A stretch of 64,000 nt of DNA, taken from assembly GCF_034376685.1 (NCBI RefSeq), contig NZ_JAXMJJ010000012.1, positions 9,949 through 73,948 of the forward strand. Direction: 5' to 3'. Position 1 is the first letter of the stretch. The number at the start of each line of letters is the position of its first letter. The notes beneath the pieces are model-generated. The model ran no database searches. It was given only the letters and a program-made list of their open reading frames with translations, and was not told the origin of the DNA. This document shows, in pieces, positions 18,824 to 27,857 of the stretch. The translations under genes and the position numbers were made by a program. This stretch comes from Cypionkella sp. Its GTDB lineage: Bacteria > Pseudomonadota > Alphaproteobacteria > Rhodobacterales > Rhodobacteraceae.

Positions 18824-19915
18824 TTACTTCGGCAGCGGCGTGGTGACGCCTTTGACATGCCAATCCATCGACAGGATCATATCGTCGCCCAAAGTCACAC
18901 CAGCGGCCACAGCCTCGGCCCCGTCCTGATTGGTCAACGGCCCGGTGAAGGGGCTGAAACTGCCATCCAGCAGGGTGGCATGAACCGCCTCGATCTTCGC
19001 AGCCATCTCGGGCGCAATATCGGGGTTCCAATCGGCCACGAACACGCAGTTATCCGCCATCCCGAGCCACGCCGAAGCGCCCGCGAAGGTGCCAGCCAGA
19101 TGCGCCGCGACGGAAGCCTTGAAATACGGCGCCCAATCGGTGCCAACCACGCCGAGATACTTCTTCGGCGCATAGGTCTTCATCGACGAGTTCAGGTTGA
19201 ACACATAGGCCCCGGCCTCTTCACAGACCGCCACCACCGAAGGCGTGTCCTGCGCGTTCGAGAACACCACATCGCAGCCCTGCGCCAGCAGCGCCTTGGC
19301 GGCTTCTTGCTCGGATGCCGGATCGAACCACGAGTTCACCCAGACCACGGAAACCTCCATCGCCGGATCCACCGATTGCGCGCCCAAGGTGAAGGCGTTG
19401 ATTGAGGTGATCAGTTCTGGGATCGCAAAGGCCCCGACGCAGCCGAGTTTCTTCGACTTCGACAAGGACGCCGCCGCCATGCCCATCAGGTAAGTGCCCT
19501 GATAATACCGCGCGCCGAAGGGGGAGAAATTGGGCGCCACCTGATAGCCCGAGGCGTGCAGGATCGACACTTCCGGGCGCGCCTTGGCCAGCTTCAGCCC
19601 GCCGTTCATATAGCCAAACGAACCGAGGATCAGGAAGGTGTTCCCGTCCGCCACGGTCTTGTTCATGATGCGGTCGCCGTCCGGGCCTTCGGCGATATTC
19701 TCCAGCAAGGTGACTTTGATCTTGTCACCATATTCGGCCTCCAACGCCTTGGTGCCAAGCTCCAGCGTGTGCGACCAGCCGACATCGGCGGCGGGCGAGG
19801 GCACGATCAGGGCGACGTTCAGCACGCCGTCTTGTGCGAAGGCCGGGATCGGCAGCGCCATCGCAGTGCTGGCAGCAAGGGTGGTTTTCAGGAAAGAGCG
19901 GCGGGTTTGGGTCAT
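18824..19915 (-). CDS. BMP family purine-binding lipoprotein/periplasmic protein with Tat signal
   Basis: MTQTRRSFLK twin-arginine motif; DVGWS, GSFGYM, FGARYYQGTYLMG, INAFTLGA, WVNSWFDP. Confidence 0.9.
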   Translation of the reverse strand: MTQTRRSFLKTTLAASTAMALPIPAFAQDGVLNVALIVPSPAADVGWSHTLELGTKALEAEYGDKIKVTLLENIAEGPDGDRIMNKTVADGNTFLILGSFGYMNGGLKLAKARPEVSILHASGYQVAPNFSPFGARYYQGTYLMGMAAASLSKSKKLGCVGAFAIPELITSINAFTLGAQSVDPAMEVSVVWVNSWFDPASEQEAAKALLAQGCDVVFSNAQDTPSVVAVCEEAGAYVFNLNSSMKTYAPKKYLGVVGTDWAPYFKASVAAHLAGTFAGASAWLGMADNCVFVADWNPDIAPEMAAKIEAVHATLLDGSFSPFTGPLTNQDGAEAVAAGVTLGDDMILSMDWHVKGVTTPLPK

Positions 19916-19946
19916 CGGGTTTCCTTTGGGCTTTGGGATTTTGGGA

Positions 19947-21305
19947 TCAAGACAGGATGCGGTGGAAGGAAGCTTCGGCTTTTGTGAAAAGATCGCGCTC
20001 ATCGAGGCCGGGGAACTGACCATCACGCCAGACGATGCGACCATTGATCATGGTCATATCGACCGGGCGACTGACCCCGACTTTCGGGATCAGGCTGGCC
20101 GGATCATGGCGGGTGCCGACATATTCCAGACGGCGGGTGTCGATGGCGAACAGATCAGCGGCCATGCCGGGGGCAAGGCGGCCAAGGTCTGTCCGCCCCA
20201 GCAAATCGGCGCCGCCAGTGGTGGCATAGCCAAGGAAAGCGCTGGGGTCTGGCACCGGATGCTTACGGGTCGAAGCCACCAGACATTGCAGCATATAGGC
20301 CGAATGAATGCAGTGCATCAGGTTGGAATTGTCATTCGACGCCGCCCCATCGCAGCCCAATCCCACGCGCAGACCCAACGCCTGCATCGCCGGAATATCG
20401 GTGACTTCGGCCCCCACCAGATAGACCGGCTCGGGGCAATGCGACACGCCGGTTTGCGTAGCGGCCATCTGAGCGAGTTCGCCGTGGGTCAATTCCCAGC
20501 AATGCGCATACCAGGTATCGGGGCCGGAAAATCCCATTTCTTCAAGGTATTGCACTGTCCGACGCCCGGTGCGCGCCTCGATCACCGGGCTTTCGCCTTC
20601 GCCAACATGGGTGTGCAAAAGCACGCCTTTGTCGCGGGCAAGACGAATGGATTCCTCAAAGGTGTCTTTGTAGCAGTTGACGGGTTGGCAGGGAGCCACC
20701 GCGACTTGGCGCATGCTGAACGGGCTGGCGTCGTGGTAGGTATCAATCAACCGCTCACAATCGCCGATGAATTGCGCGGTGGTTTCCAGCATCTCATCCG
20801 GGATCGTGCTGCCTTCGGATTTCGGCAGGGTATTGCCGCCGCGCCCGGCATGAAAGCGGATGCCGAACAGATCAGCGGCCTCAAACTGGCGGTCCACAAT
20901 CCGCGACCCGGCATGGCGCGGAAAGTTGTATTGGTGGTCAAACGCCGTGGTGCAGCCGTGTTTGATCAGTTCGGCCAAGGCCACCACCGACGAATGGTAA
21001 AACTGATCCTCGGTCAGCCGCGAGAAGATCGGATAGATCAAATCCAGCCATTCGATCACCGACAGTTTCGTCCAATCCAGATCGGCGCGGTTGCGCACAA
21101 AGCATTGAAAGAAATGGTGATGCGTGTTGATCAGACCCGGATAAATGAACCAGCCCGAGGCGTCGATCACCTCTGCCCCCGGCGCGTGCAGGTTCGGGCC
21201 GATGGCGGCAATCTGTTTGCCTTCGATCAGCATATCCTGCCCCGCCAGCACCAGATCTCTGGCCGAAGGCACAATCGCGGCGCAGTTTTTCAGCAGGATG
21301 CTCAT
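19947..21305 (-). CDS. Amidohydrolase, 8-oxoguanine deaminase/AtzB-like clade
   Basis: PGLINTHHHFFQ, LHTHVGE, SHCP, GLGCDGAASN. Confidence 0.85.
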   Translation of the reverse strand: MSILLKNCAAIVPSARDLVLAGQDMLIEGKQIAAIGPNLHAPGAEVIDASGWFIYPGLINTHHHFFQCFVRNRADLDWTKLSVIEWLDLIYPIFSRLTEDQFYHSSVVALAELIKHGCTTAFDHQYNFPRHAGSRIVDRQFEAADLFGIRFHAGRGGNTLPKSEGSTIPDEMLETTAQFIGDCERLIDTYHDASPFSMRQVAVAPCQPVNCYKDTFEESIRLARDKGVLLHTHVGEGESPVIEARTGRRTVQYLEEMGFSGPDTWYAHCWELTHGELAQMAATQTGVSHCPEPVYLVGAEVTDIPAMQALGLRVGLGCDGAASNDNSNLMHCIHSAYMLQCLVASTRKHPVPDPSAFLGYATTGGADLLGRTDLGRLAPGMAADLFAIDTRRLEYVGTRHDPASLIPKVGVSRPVDMTMINGRIVWRDGQFPGLDERDLFTKAEASFHRILS

Positions 21306-21970
21306 GGCAGCGACTCCAGCGGCGGCACGGCTTCGGGCGCGGGTTTCAACTCGTGCAGGCGGTGAATCCCCGGCATCTCGATGAACCCCGGCAGCGCGCG
21401 GATCGCCCGCGACCACAGCCGGATTGAGGGGTAGTCATCCAAGGTCACACCGCCATCGGGGGCAAGCGCCACATTGGGAAAGCAGGCGATATCGGCGATG
21501 GTGGGCGCATCACCCGTAAGGTAAATCCGCCCCGCAAAGCGCGCCTCGGTCAGATGTGCCTCCAACTCGCGCAAGCACTCCACCCCTGCCCGGCGGAACC
21601 CGTCGATATCACCGGGATACAGCAGCATATCATGCAGCCGCGCCATGCCCAAACTGGCCCCCAGCCGCGCCGAAAACGCCAACCATTGCTGCACTTGCGC
21701 GGTTTGCACAGGCCCCGCACCCAGCCACGCCCCCGCCTTAGACACCTGCGCCAGATACACCAGCATCGCCGTGCTTTCGGTCAGGGTCAGATCGCCATCG
21801 ACCAGCACGGGCAGTGTCCCGGCGGGATTGAGCGCGCGAAACGCGGCGCTGCGGTGTTCCCGCCCCGGATGAAAGTCCACCGCCTTGAGATCCAGCTTGC
21901 GCCCCATCAGCGCCGCCATCAGCCGCACCTTGTAGCAACTGGCGGAAAGGACATAATCATACAGCTTCAT
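21302..21970 (-). CDS. Glutathione S-transferase family protein, NdmE-like
   Basis: LYDYVLSASCYKVRL, LNPAGTLPVL, ARLHD, PTIADIACFP, GFIEMPGI. ATGA overlaps with both neighbours. Confidence 0.85.
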   Translation of the reverse strand: MKLYDYVLSASCYKVRLMAALMGRKLDLKAVDFHPGREHRSAAFRALNPAGTLPVLVDGDLTLTESTAMLVYLAQVSKAGAWLGAGPVQTAQVQQWLAFSARLGASLGMARLHDMLLYPGDIDGFRRAGVECLRELEAHLTEARFAGRIYLTGDAPTIADIACFPNVALAPDGGVTLDDYPSIRLWSRAIRALPGFIEMPGIHRLHELKPAPEAVPPLESLP

Positions 21971-22812
21971 GCCGCCACCATCTGCGCGCCGTAGGTCAGC
22001 CCCTTGCGTTTCAGCCAACGGCGATAGGCGATCGAGGTCAGATCGGCCTGCGTCGGGATCTCTTTGCCGGGGTCCAATGGCAGCAACCGCGGGATCTGAT
22101 TTTCCAGAATCGAGCGGTCTTGCAGGAAGATCATCTGCTGAAACTGGATCAGATCGGCTTGCGGCGTCACATCATCAAACAATGCCATCCACGGCCAAAC
22201 CTCGCAGAGTTCCTCGGTCAGCGGCTGCACGAAAATCGCAATCACATCCCATTCATCCGGGCGGTTCGGGCAGGTCTTGTACAGCACCGAAGCTGTCGGT
22301 GCCGCCACCCGGTACATGTATTCCGTCACAATCCCGCCCGCCGCCGATTTCGCGGCTTGCGGCTGGTAAAAATGCACTTTGGTCGCCCAAACCTCGTCGC
22401 TATCCTCGCGGATTTGCACCTCATAGCGGCCAACTTCGGTATGCGGTTCCGCCCCCAGCACATCGGTATGCACAAAGGGGAAGTGTGCTATGTCGAGGAA
22501 ATTCTCCACCGCGCGCAAGGGCGAGCATTTCACCCGCACCACACCGCAATCCACCAAACGCCGCCCCGGCTGATCCGCCTCGGGGACCCCGAACAACGGA
22601 TGCGCCGGGGTGCCGGGACAGGCCCAAACATGGCCATAGGCCAAGCAAACGGCCAGTCGCTGACCTTCCGCGCCCTGCACCACGATCTCGCCCGCGTCCA
22701 GAAACACCGCGATATCGCTGCCCAACAGCATGGTCTGCCGCCCCGGCCACGCCCCCACCATGGCAATCATCGCCACCGGATACCATTCGTTCAACACCGC
22801 CTGCGGGATCAT
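21967..22812 (-). CDS. Rieske-less oxygenase catalytic subunit, NdmC (7-methylxanthine N-demethylase)-like
   Basis: Mononuclear Fe motif ENFLDIAHFPFVH, then YKTCP, FQQMIFLQD, AYRRWL. No CxH/CxxH Rieske ligands; 281 aa. Confidence 0.8.
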   Translation of the reverse strand: MIPQAVLNEWYPVAMIAMVGAWPGRQTMLLGSDIAVFLDAGEIVVQGAEGQRLAVCLAYGHVWACPGTPAHPLFGVPEADQPGRRLVDCGVVRVKCSPLRAVENFLDIAHFPFVHTDVLGAEPHTEVGRYEVQIREDSDEVWATKVHFYQPQAAKSAAGGIVTEYMYRVAAPTASVLYKTCPNRPDEWDVIAIFVQPLTEELCEVWPWMALFDDVTPQADLIQFQQMIFLQDRSILENQIPRLLPLDPGKEIPTQADLTSIAYRRWLKRKGLTYGAQMVAA

Positions 22813-23423
22813 GCCAAAGCCCCCTCTTCAACCAAGCGCCGCAACCCATCCAGCCAGCGCGAGACCGTAACCCGGTCGCCCACGCCCAATGCGTGCAGCG
22901 TGACGGCCGCACCGCGATCTTGCAGCACCAAGGCCACAGCCGCGCCGCCAATCTGCCCCCGCCAAACCGCGCCTTCGCAGACAAACCCCGGCAAGGTGCG
23001 GGCGATCTCGGCCACCCCGGCTTGCACGGTGATCGAGCGCACCGCTACAAGCCCGCTCAAATCCGGTAGCGCAAGCTCTGCCCCAACAGGCGCGACCCAG
23101 ATCACGCCACCCACCTCAACACATTGATAAACCTCGGCCTTTATCGCGGCAGGCGGCACCATCGCCGGATGCGCCGGGATCTTGCCACACGCGCCATCGC
23201 TGCCATAGGTCCAGCCGTGATAGATGCACGACAGCGTCTCACCGCGCACGAAACCATGCGACAGCCGCATGCCGCGATGCGGGCAGCGATCATTCCACGC
23301 CGACAGCCGCCCAGAGGCCGAGCGCCAAATCGCCAGCTCCGCCCCCTGCCACGCACCCGCCATCACAACGCCCAGCGGCAAATCTTGCGACAAGCCATTG
23401 GCCACCCACATCCCCGACATCAT
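22809..23423 (-). CDS. Stand-alone Rieske [2Fe-2S] domain protein
   Basis: DRCPHRG...LSCIYHGW Rieske ligands, followed by a short C-terminal domain without the catalytic Fe or flavin-reductase motifs. Confidence 0.85.
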   Translation of the reverse strand: MMSGMWVANGLSQDLPLGVVMAGAWQGAELAIWRSASGRLSAWNDRCPHRGMRLSHGFVRGETLSCIYHGWTYGSDGACGKIPAHPAMVPPAAIKAEVYQCVEVGGVIWVAPVGAELALPDLSGLVAVRSITVQAGVAEIARTLPGFVCEGAVWRGQIGGAAVALVLQDRGAAVTLHALGVGDRVTVSRWLDGLRRLVEEGALA

Positions 23424-23551
23424 AATCCCCGCAATCCCCAGCCAAACCTTGCCGCCCCGCCCGAAAACCGAAAGGCTGAAAGCCTCTCTTGCGCCAAGCT
23501 GCCGCAGCAGATGCCACAAATTTCAGCATCCTGCCTGCATATGATCATAAG

Positions 23552-23869
23552 TTAATCGGCTATCGAAGCAAATTCGTTCAGATTTTGCAGCGCCAGATCG
23601 GCGCGATCAATCCGCTCGACCCAAACCTCTTGCGGGCCAAGACTACAGCCCAAAGCCATCGCGTCCAAAAGGTCCGGCAGGCCAGTCACCACCATCTCAA
23701 CCCGTCCCGCATCATGGCGCAGAATCGCCCCGCGCAGACCCAGACGGCGGGCATGCCGCGCGATCCAAGTGGCGAAAATCGGCGCGCCGACATTGCCCAG
23801 CACCGCGAAACTTTGGCTCTGCTCCGGTGCAGGATCGGCGGTTGGATCGGGGGTGACAGGGTGATCCAT
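23552..23869 (-). CDS. Acylphosphatase-fold protein, degenerate active site
   Basis: ARHARRLGLRG...VEMVVTG...GCSLGP...VERI follows the acylphosphatase pattern, but the canonical GxVQGVxFR is replaced by GNVGAPIFA. Confidence 0.65.
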   Translation of the reverse strand: MDHPVTPDPTADPAPEQSQSFAVLGNVGAPIFATWIARHARRLGLRGAILRHDAGRVEMVVTGLPDLLDAMALGCSLGPQEVWVERIDRADLALQNLNEFASIAD

Positions 23870-24022
23870 CGCGGCCTCTGGCTTGGGGTTCGCGCCAAAC
23901 TGGCAGGCCAAGGCCAAGCTGTCCAGAGCGGTCAATCCAGCCGCAACGCCGATTGCCCTCCCCCGCCGCCCGCGTTAGGTAGGCGCATCGCTGCTTCCGA
24001 CCAATCGCTGAAAGACGCTCCG

Positions 24023-25090
24023 TTGTCGCAGACCCCGCCAGCCGTGAATCGCCGCCGCCAAGTGTTGCAATGGGCCGCCCTCGCGCTGCTGTCGGCGCTG
24101 ATCACCACCGGGTTTGAGCTGCTGCACCTGCCCGCCGCCCTGCTGCTGGGACCGATGATTGCGGCGATTATCCTTGCACTGCGCGGGTTTAGCATCACCT
24201 TGCCCGCCCCTGCGATGACGGCGGCGCAAGGTGTGGTCGGGCTGATGGTGGCGACGATCCTGCCGATTTCGATGATGGCAGAGGTTGCATCGCAATGGCC
24301 TATCGTGCTGACCGGGACGCTGTTCACCATTGCAGCCTCGTCGCTGCTTGGCTGGCTGGTGGCGCGCTCGGGCGCACTTCCGGGCACCACCGCGATCTGG
24401 GGATCCTCGCCGGGGGCGGCCTCGGCCATGGTGCTGTTATCAGGCGCATATGGCGCCGACATCCGGCTTGTCGCTTTCATGCAATACCTGCGCGTCGCCT
24501 GCGTGGCGGTGGTCGCCACCGTGGTGGCGCGGCTGTTTGGGGTGGCGGATGGCCCTGCAGCCAGTATCATTTGGTTTCCGGGCATGCCGCTGTTGGGCGT
24601 GGCACAGACGTTGGCGCTCGCCGTGGTGCTGGCCTTCGTCGGCCAAAGATTGTGCCTGCCCGGAGCAACCTTCCTGCTGCCGATCGGCACCGGCATGCTG
24701 CTGGTACAGACCGGATGGATGCAGATTTACCTGCCGCCGTGGCTGCTGGCGCTGACCTATGCCGCCATCGGCTGGTCCATCGGCCTTCGCTTTACCCCCG
24801 CCACTTTGGGCCACGCCTTGCGGGCCTTCCCACGGGTGTTCGCCTCGATCATGGCGCTGATCGCGGTCTGTGGCGGGGCGGCTTGGGTCTTGGTGCATTT
24901 CGCCGGGATTGATCCCCTGACCGCCTATCTTGCCACCAGCCCCGGCGGCATGGATTCCATCGCCATCATCGCGGCCTCCACCCCGGTCGATGTGGCGTTT
25001 GTGATGACGATGCACATGGCGCGGTTTTTGCTGGTGCTGCTGCTTGGCCCCATGCTGGCGCGCTGGTTGTCGCGCCCGAAGGGATTTTAG
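24023..25090 (+). CDS. AbrB family (putative ammonia-monooxygenase-like) membrane protein
   Basis: PAALLLGPMIAA, WGSSPGAAS, FMQYLRV, AYLATSPGGMD; ~10 TM segments. Start approximate. Confidence 0.85.
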   Translation: MSQTPPAVNRRRQVLQWAALALLSALITTGFELLHLPAALLLGPMIAAIILALRGFSITLPAPAMTAAQGVVGLMVATILPISMMAEVASQWPIVLTGTLFTIAASSLLGWLVARSGALPGTTAIWGSSPGAASAMVLLSGAYGADIRLVAFMQYLRVACVAVVATVVARLFGVADGPAASIIWFPGMPLLGVAQTLALAVVLAFVGQRLCLPGATFLLPIGTGMLLVQTGWMQIYLPPWLLALTYAAIGWSIGLRFTPATLGHALRAFPRVFASIMALIAVCGGAAWVLVHFAGIDPLTAYLATSPGGMDSIAIIAASTPVDVAFVMTMHMARFLLVLLLGPMLARWLSRPKGF

Positions 25091-26154
25091 GCCAGCACGA
25101 TCACATCCTGCCCCCGGAACCGCAAAGCCACCTCGGCCCCCAGTGGCGGCGGCGGCGCATCAGGCCGGTTGAACAAATCGAGCGAGATCGCCCCCGCCGC
25201 CGTATCCGCCTTGACTCGGATCACCGCGCCCAGAAACTGCACGGCGGCAATCTTTGCGGGCAGCGCAAAATCACCCCGGCTGATCTGCGCGGCATCGGCC
25301 TCCAGATGCACCACCTCGGGACGCAAGGCCAATCCCACCGTCGCCCCCCGCGCCGCCGCAATCGCTTGTGGCAGGCGCAGAGGTTGCCCCTGCACCGTCA
25401 CCTCACCCTGAGCAGCGTCCGTCACCACGGCATCGAGCGTATTCAACGTGCCGACAAACTGCGCCACAAACCGCGTCTTCGGATGGTTATATATCTCAAA
25501 CGGCGCGCCCACTTGTTCCGCCCGCCCGCCGTTCATCACCACAACCCGGTCTGACATCGACAGGGCTTCTTCCTGATCATGCGTCACAAAAATCGTGGTG
25601 ATGCCCAATTTCCGCTGAATATCCCGGATTTCCGCCCGCAAACTGACACGAATCTTCGCATCCAACGCCGACAACGGCTCATCCAACAACAAAACCCGTG
25701 GACGCGGTGCCAGTGCCCGCGCCAAAGCCACCCGCTGCTGCTGCCCGCCCGAAAGCTGGAACGGATAGCGCGCACCCATTTCCGGCAACCCGATCAGCGC
25801 CAGCATCTCAGCCACCCGCGCGGTGATTTCCTTGGCCGACACCCCGGCAATCTTCAACCCAAAGCCGACATTCTGCGCCACCGTCAGGTTCGGAAACAGC
25901 GCATAGGCCTGAAATACCATGCCGATATTGCGCTGGTTGGGCCGCAGATGCGTCACATCCTGCCCGTCAATCTTGATCGCGCCAAGGGTGGGGGTTTCGA
26001 ACCCCGCCACCATCCGCAGCACGGTGGTTTTCCCGCACCCCGACGGGCCCAAAAGCGAGACAAACTCGCCCTGCGCCACCCCCAGATCAAACGATTTCAC
26101 CACTTGGTTCGCGCCAAAAGATTTTTGCAGCGCACTAAGATCGAGATACGCCAT
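25087..26154 (-). CDS. PotA/FbpC-type ABC ATP-binding protein
   Basis: [39 protein letters not shown]-like tail. Confidence 0.93.
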   Translation of the reverse strand: MAYLDLSALQKSFGANQVVKSFDLGVAQGEFVSLLGPSGCGKTTVLRMVAGFETPTLGAIKIDGQDVTHLRPNQRNIGMVFQAYALFPNLTVAQNVGFGLKIAGVSAKEITARVAEMLALIGLPEMGARYPFQLSGGQQQRVALARALAPRPRVLLLDEPLSALDAKIRVSLRAEIRDIQRKLGITTIFVTHDQEEALSMSDRVVVMNGGRAEQVGAPFEIYNHPKTRFVAQFVGTLNTLDAVVTDAAQGEVTVQGQPLRLPQAIAAARGATVGLALRPEVVHLEADAAQISRGDFALPAKIAAVQFLGAVIRVKADTAAGAISLDLFNRPDAPPPPLGAEVALRFRGQDVIVLA

Positions 26155-26936
26155 CAGCGTGGCATCCTTGTATGTTTGGAAAATTTGGTCACCAACTGGA
26201 TCAGCGCCATGCAGGCCCAGGTCAGCGCGAAAGTCATCACGGCCAATGCCGCAGGCTCGTAGGCCTTATTGCCCCCCGCCCAGACCAGATACGGCCCAAA
26301 CGCCGGCCGATCCAGCAAGGCCGCAAAGACATATTCACCGATCACAATCGCAAACGTCAAAAACGCCCCCGACAGCACCGCGACCAGCACATTCGGCAAA
26401 ATCACGCGGGCCAGAACGGTGATCCACCCCGCCCCAAGGCTCTGCGCGGCTTCGGTCAAGGTGCGCAGATCAATCGCCGCCAAACCCGTATCCACCGCGC
26501 GATACATATAGGGCAGCGCCAGCACGGCATAGCCGCACATCAAGAGGAAATCGGTGCCCAAAGCACTGCCGGTCAGCGGCAACCAACTGGAAGTATTGAA
26601 CAAACGGATATAGCCGAACACGATCACAATCGGTGGGATCACCAGCGGCAGCAGGGTGATGAACTCCATGAACGGGCGCAGGCGCGGCAGTTTCAGGCGC
26701 ACCCAGAACACCGTCGGCACCACCACCAGCACGCCAAACACAATCGTCAGACAAGCCATCAGCACCGAATAACCAAAGGTCGCCTGAAACTGCGGATCGC
26801 CCATCACCGACCGATACGCGTCCAGCGAATACTCGCCCCGCCGCATCTTCAATGAGAATTCCAGCATCCCCACCAGCGGCAGGAAGAAATACACCACACC
26901 GACCGCAATCGCGGCCCAAGCCAAGATGCGCTTCAT
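26154..26936 (-). CDS. ABC permease (PotC-like)
   Basis: EAAQSLGA EAA motif. Start MKRILAW at 26936. Confidence 0.9.
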   Translation of the reverse strand: MKRILAWAAIAVGVVYFFLPLVGMLEFSLKMRRGEYSLDAYRSVMGDPQFQATFGYSVLMACLTIVFGVLVVVPTVFWVRLKLPRLRPFMEFITLLPLVIPPIVIVFGYIRLFNTSSWLPLTGSALGTDFLLMCGYAVLALPYMYRAVDTGLAAIDLRTLTEAAQSLGAGWITVLARVILPNVLVAVLSGAFLTFAIVIGEYVFAALLDRPAFGPYLVWAGGNKAYEPAALAVMTFALTWACMALIQLVTKFSKHTRMPR

Positions 26937-27799
26937 TTGATCCACCTCTCGGCGCGGGTCCGCATCACCACATAAACCGCGTTGGAAATCCCGGTGATCA
27001 CGATCATGGCGAAGGCCAAAGCATAGCCCAGATGCGGGTCTTGCAGCACATCGCCGCGGATCTGGTTGAACAGCAGGATCGGGGCAATCGAGAGCAGCGA
27101 CCCGGTCAAAGCAATCGCCGTCGCCACCGCACCAAACGCGTTGGCGAACAAGAGCGCCAGCGTCCCCAGCAGCGACGGCCCCAGCACCGGCAGCGCCACC
27201 ATCCGCCAATATTGGCCGCCCGTTGCGCCCAAAACCTCGGCCGCCTCGCGCCATTCCCGCTTCAGCCCATCAATCGCCGGGGTGATAATCAGCACCATCA
27301 GCGGGATCTGGAAGAACACATAGGCCGCCACCAGCCCCCAGAAGCTGATCATATTGAAGCCCAAAGCGTAGATATTCACCCCGAACCAATCGCGCAAAAG
27401 CAGCGTCACAAAGCCAACCCGCCCCAACGTCGCCACATAAGCAAACGCCAACGGCACCCCGGCGAAGTTCGATGTGACGCCAGAAAACGTCATCACGATG
27501 CCGCGCAGCCAAGCAGGCAATCCCCCCAGAACCACCGCCAAGGCAATCGCAAACCCCAAGGCGCAGCCGATCAAAGCCGAGGTGAAACTCAGCCGGATCG
27601 ACAGCCAGAAGGCGTTGATGATCTCAGGCGTGAACAGGTTGAAAATATTTTTCAGCGTAAAGCTGCCGGTGCCATCGACAAACGCCCCCGCCACGATATT
27701 CGCGGTGGGCAGCAGCAAAAACAGCAGCGCGAACAGCAAAAACGGCAGCACCCCCAGACCGTTCCACGGTAGGGCGCGCCAAAGGCGAGATGATCTCAT
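26933..27799 (-). CDS. ABC permease (PotB-like)
   Basis: EWREAAEVLGA EAA motif; FQIPLMVLII. Confidence 0.9.
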   Translation of the reverse strand: MRSSRLWRALPWNGLGVLPFLLFALLFLLLPTANIVAGAFVDGTGSFTLKNIFNLFTPEIINAFWLSIRLSFTSALIGCALGFAIALAVVLGGLPAWLRGIVMTFSGVTSNFAGVPLAFAYVATLGRVGFVTLLLRDWFGVNIYALGFNMISFWGLVAAYVFFQIPLMVLIITPAIDGLKREWREAAEVLGATGGQYWRMVALPVLGPSLLGTLALLFANAFGAVATAIALTGSLLSIAPILLFNQIRGDVLQDPHLGYALAFAMIVITGISNAVYVVMRTRAERWIK

Positions 27800-27818
27800 G
27801 TCTATGATCCTGAAAGGA

Positions 27819-27851
27819 AACCCGCCCTCACCGATGTGATGAGGGCGGGTT
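27819..27851 (-). terminator. Intercistronic hairpin after the substrate-binding gene
   Basis: AACCCGCCCTCA-9nt-TGAGGGCGGGTT, 12-bp perfect stem. Confidence 0.75.
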
Positions 27852-27857
27852 AAAAGA

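Noticed and set aside
23489-24022. Long N-terminal extension of the AbrB-family ORF
   Set aside because: It overlaps the acylphosphatase-like gene on the opposite strand and is low-complexity; the membrane domain starts near 24023.
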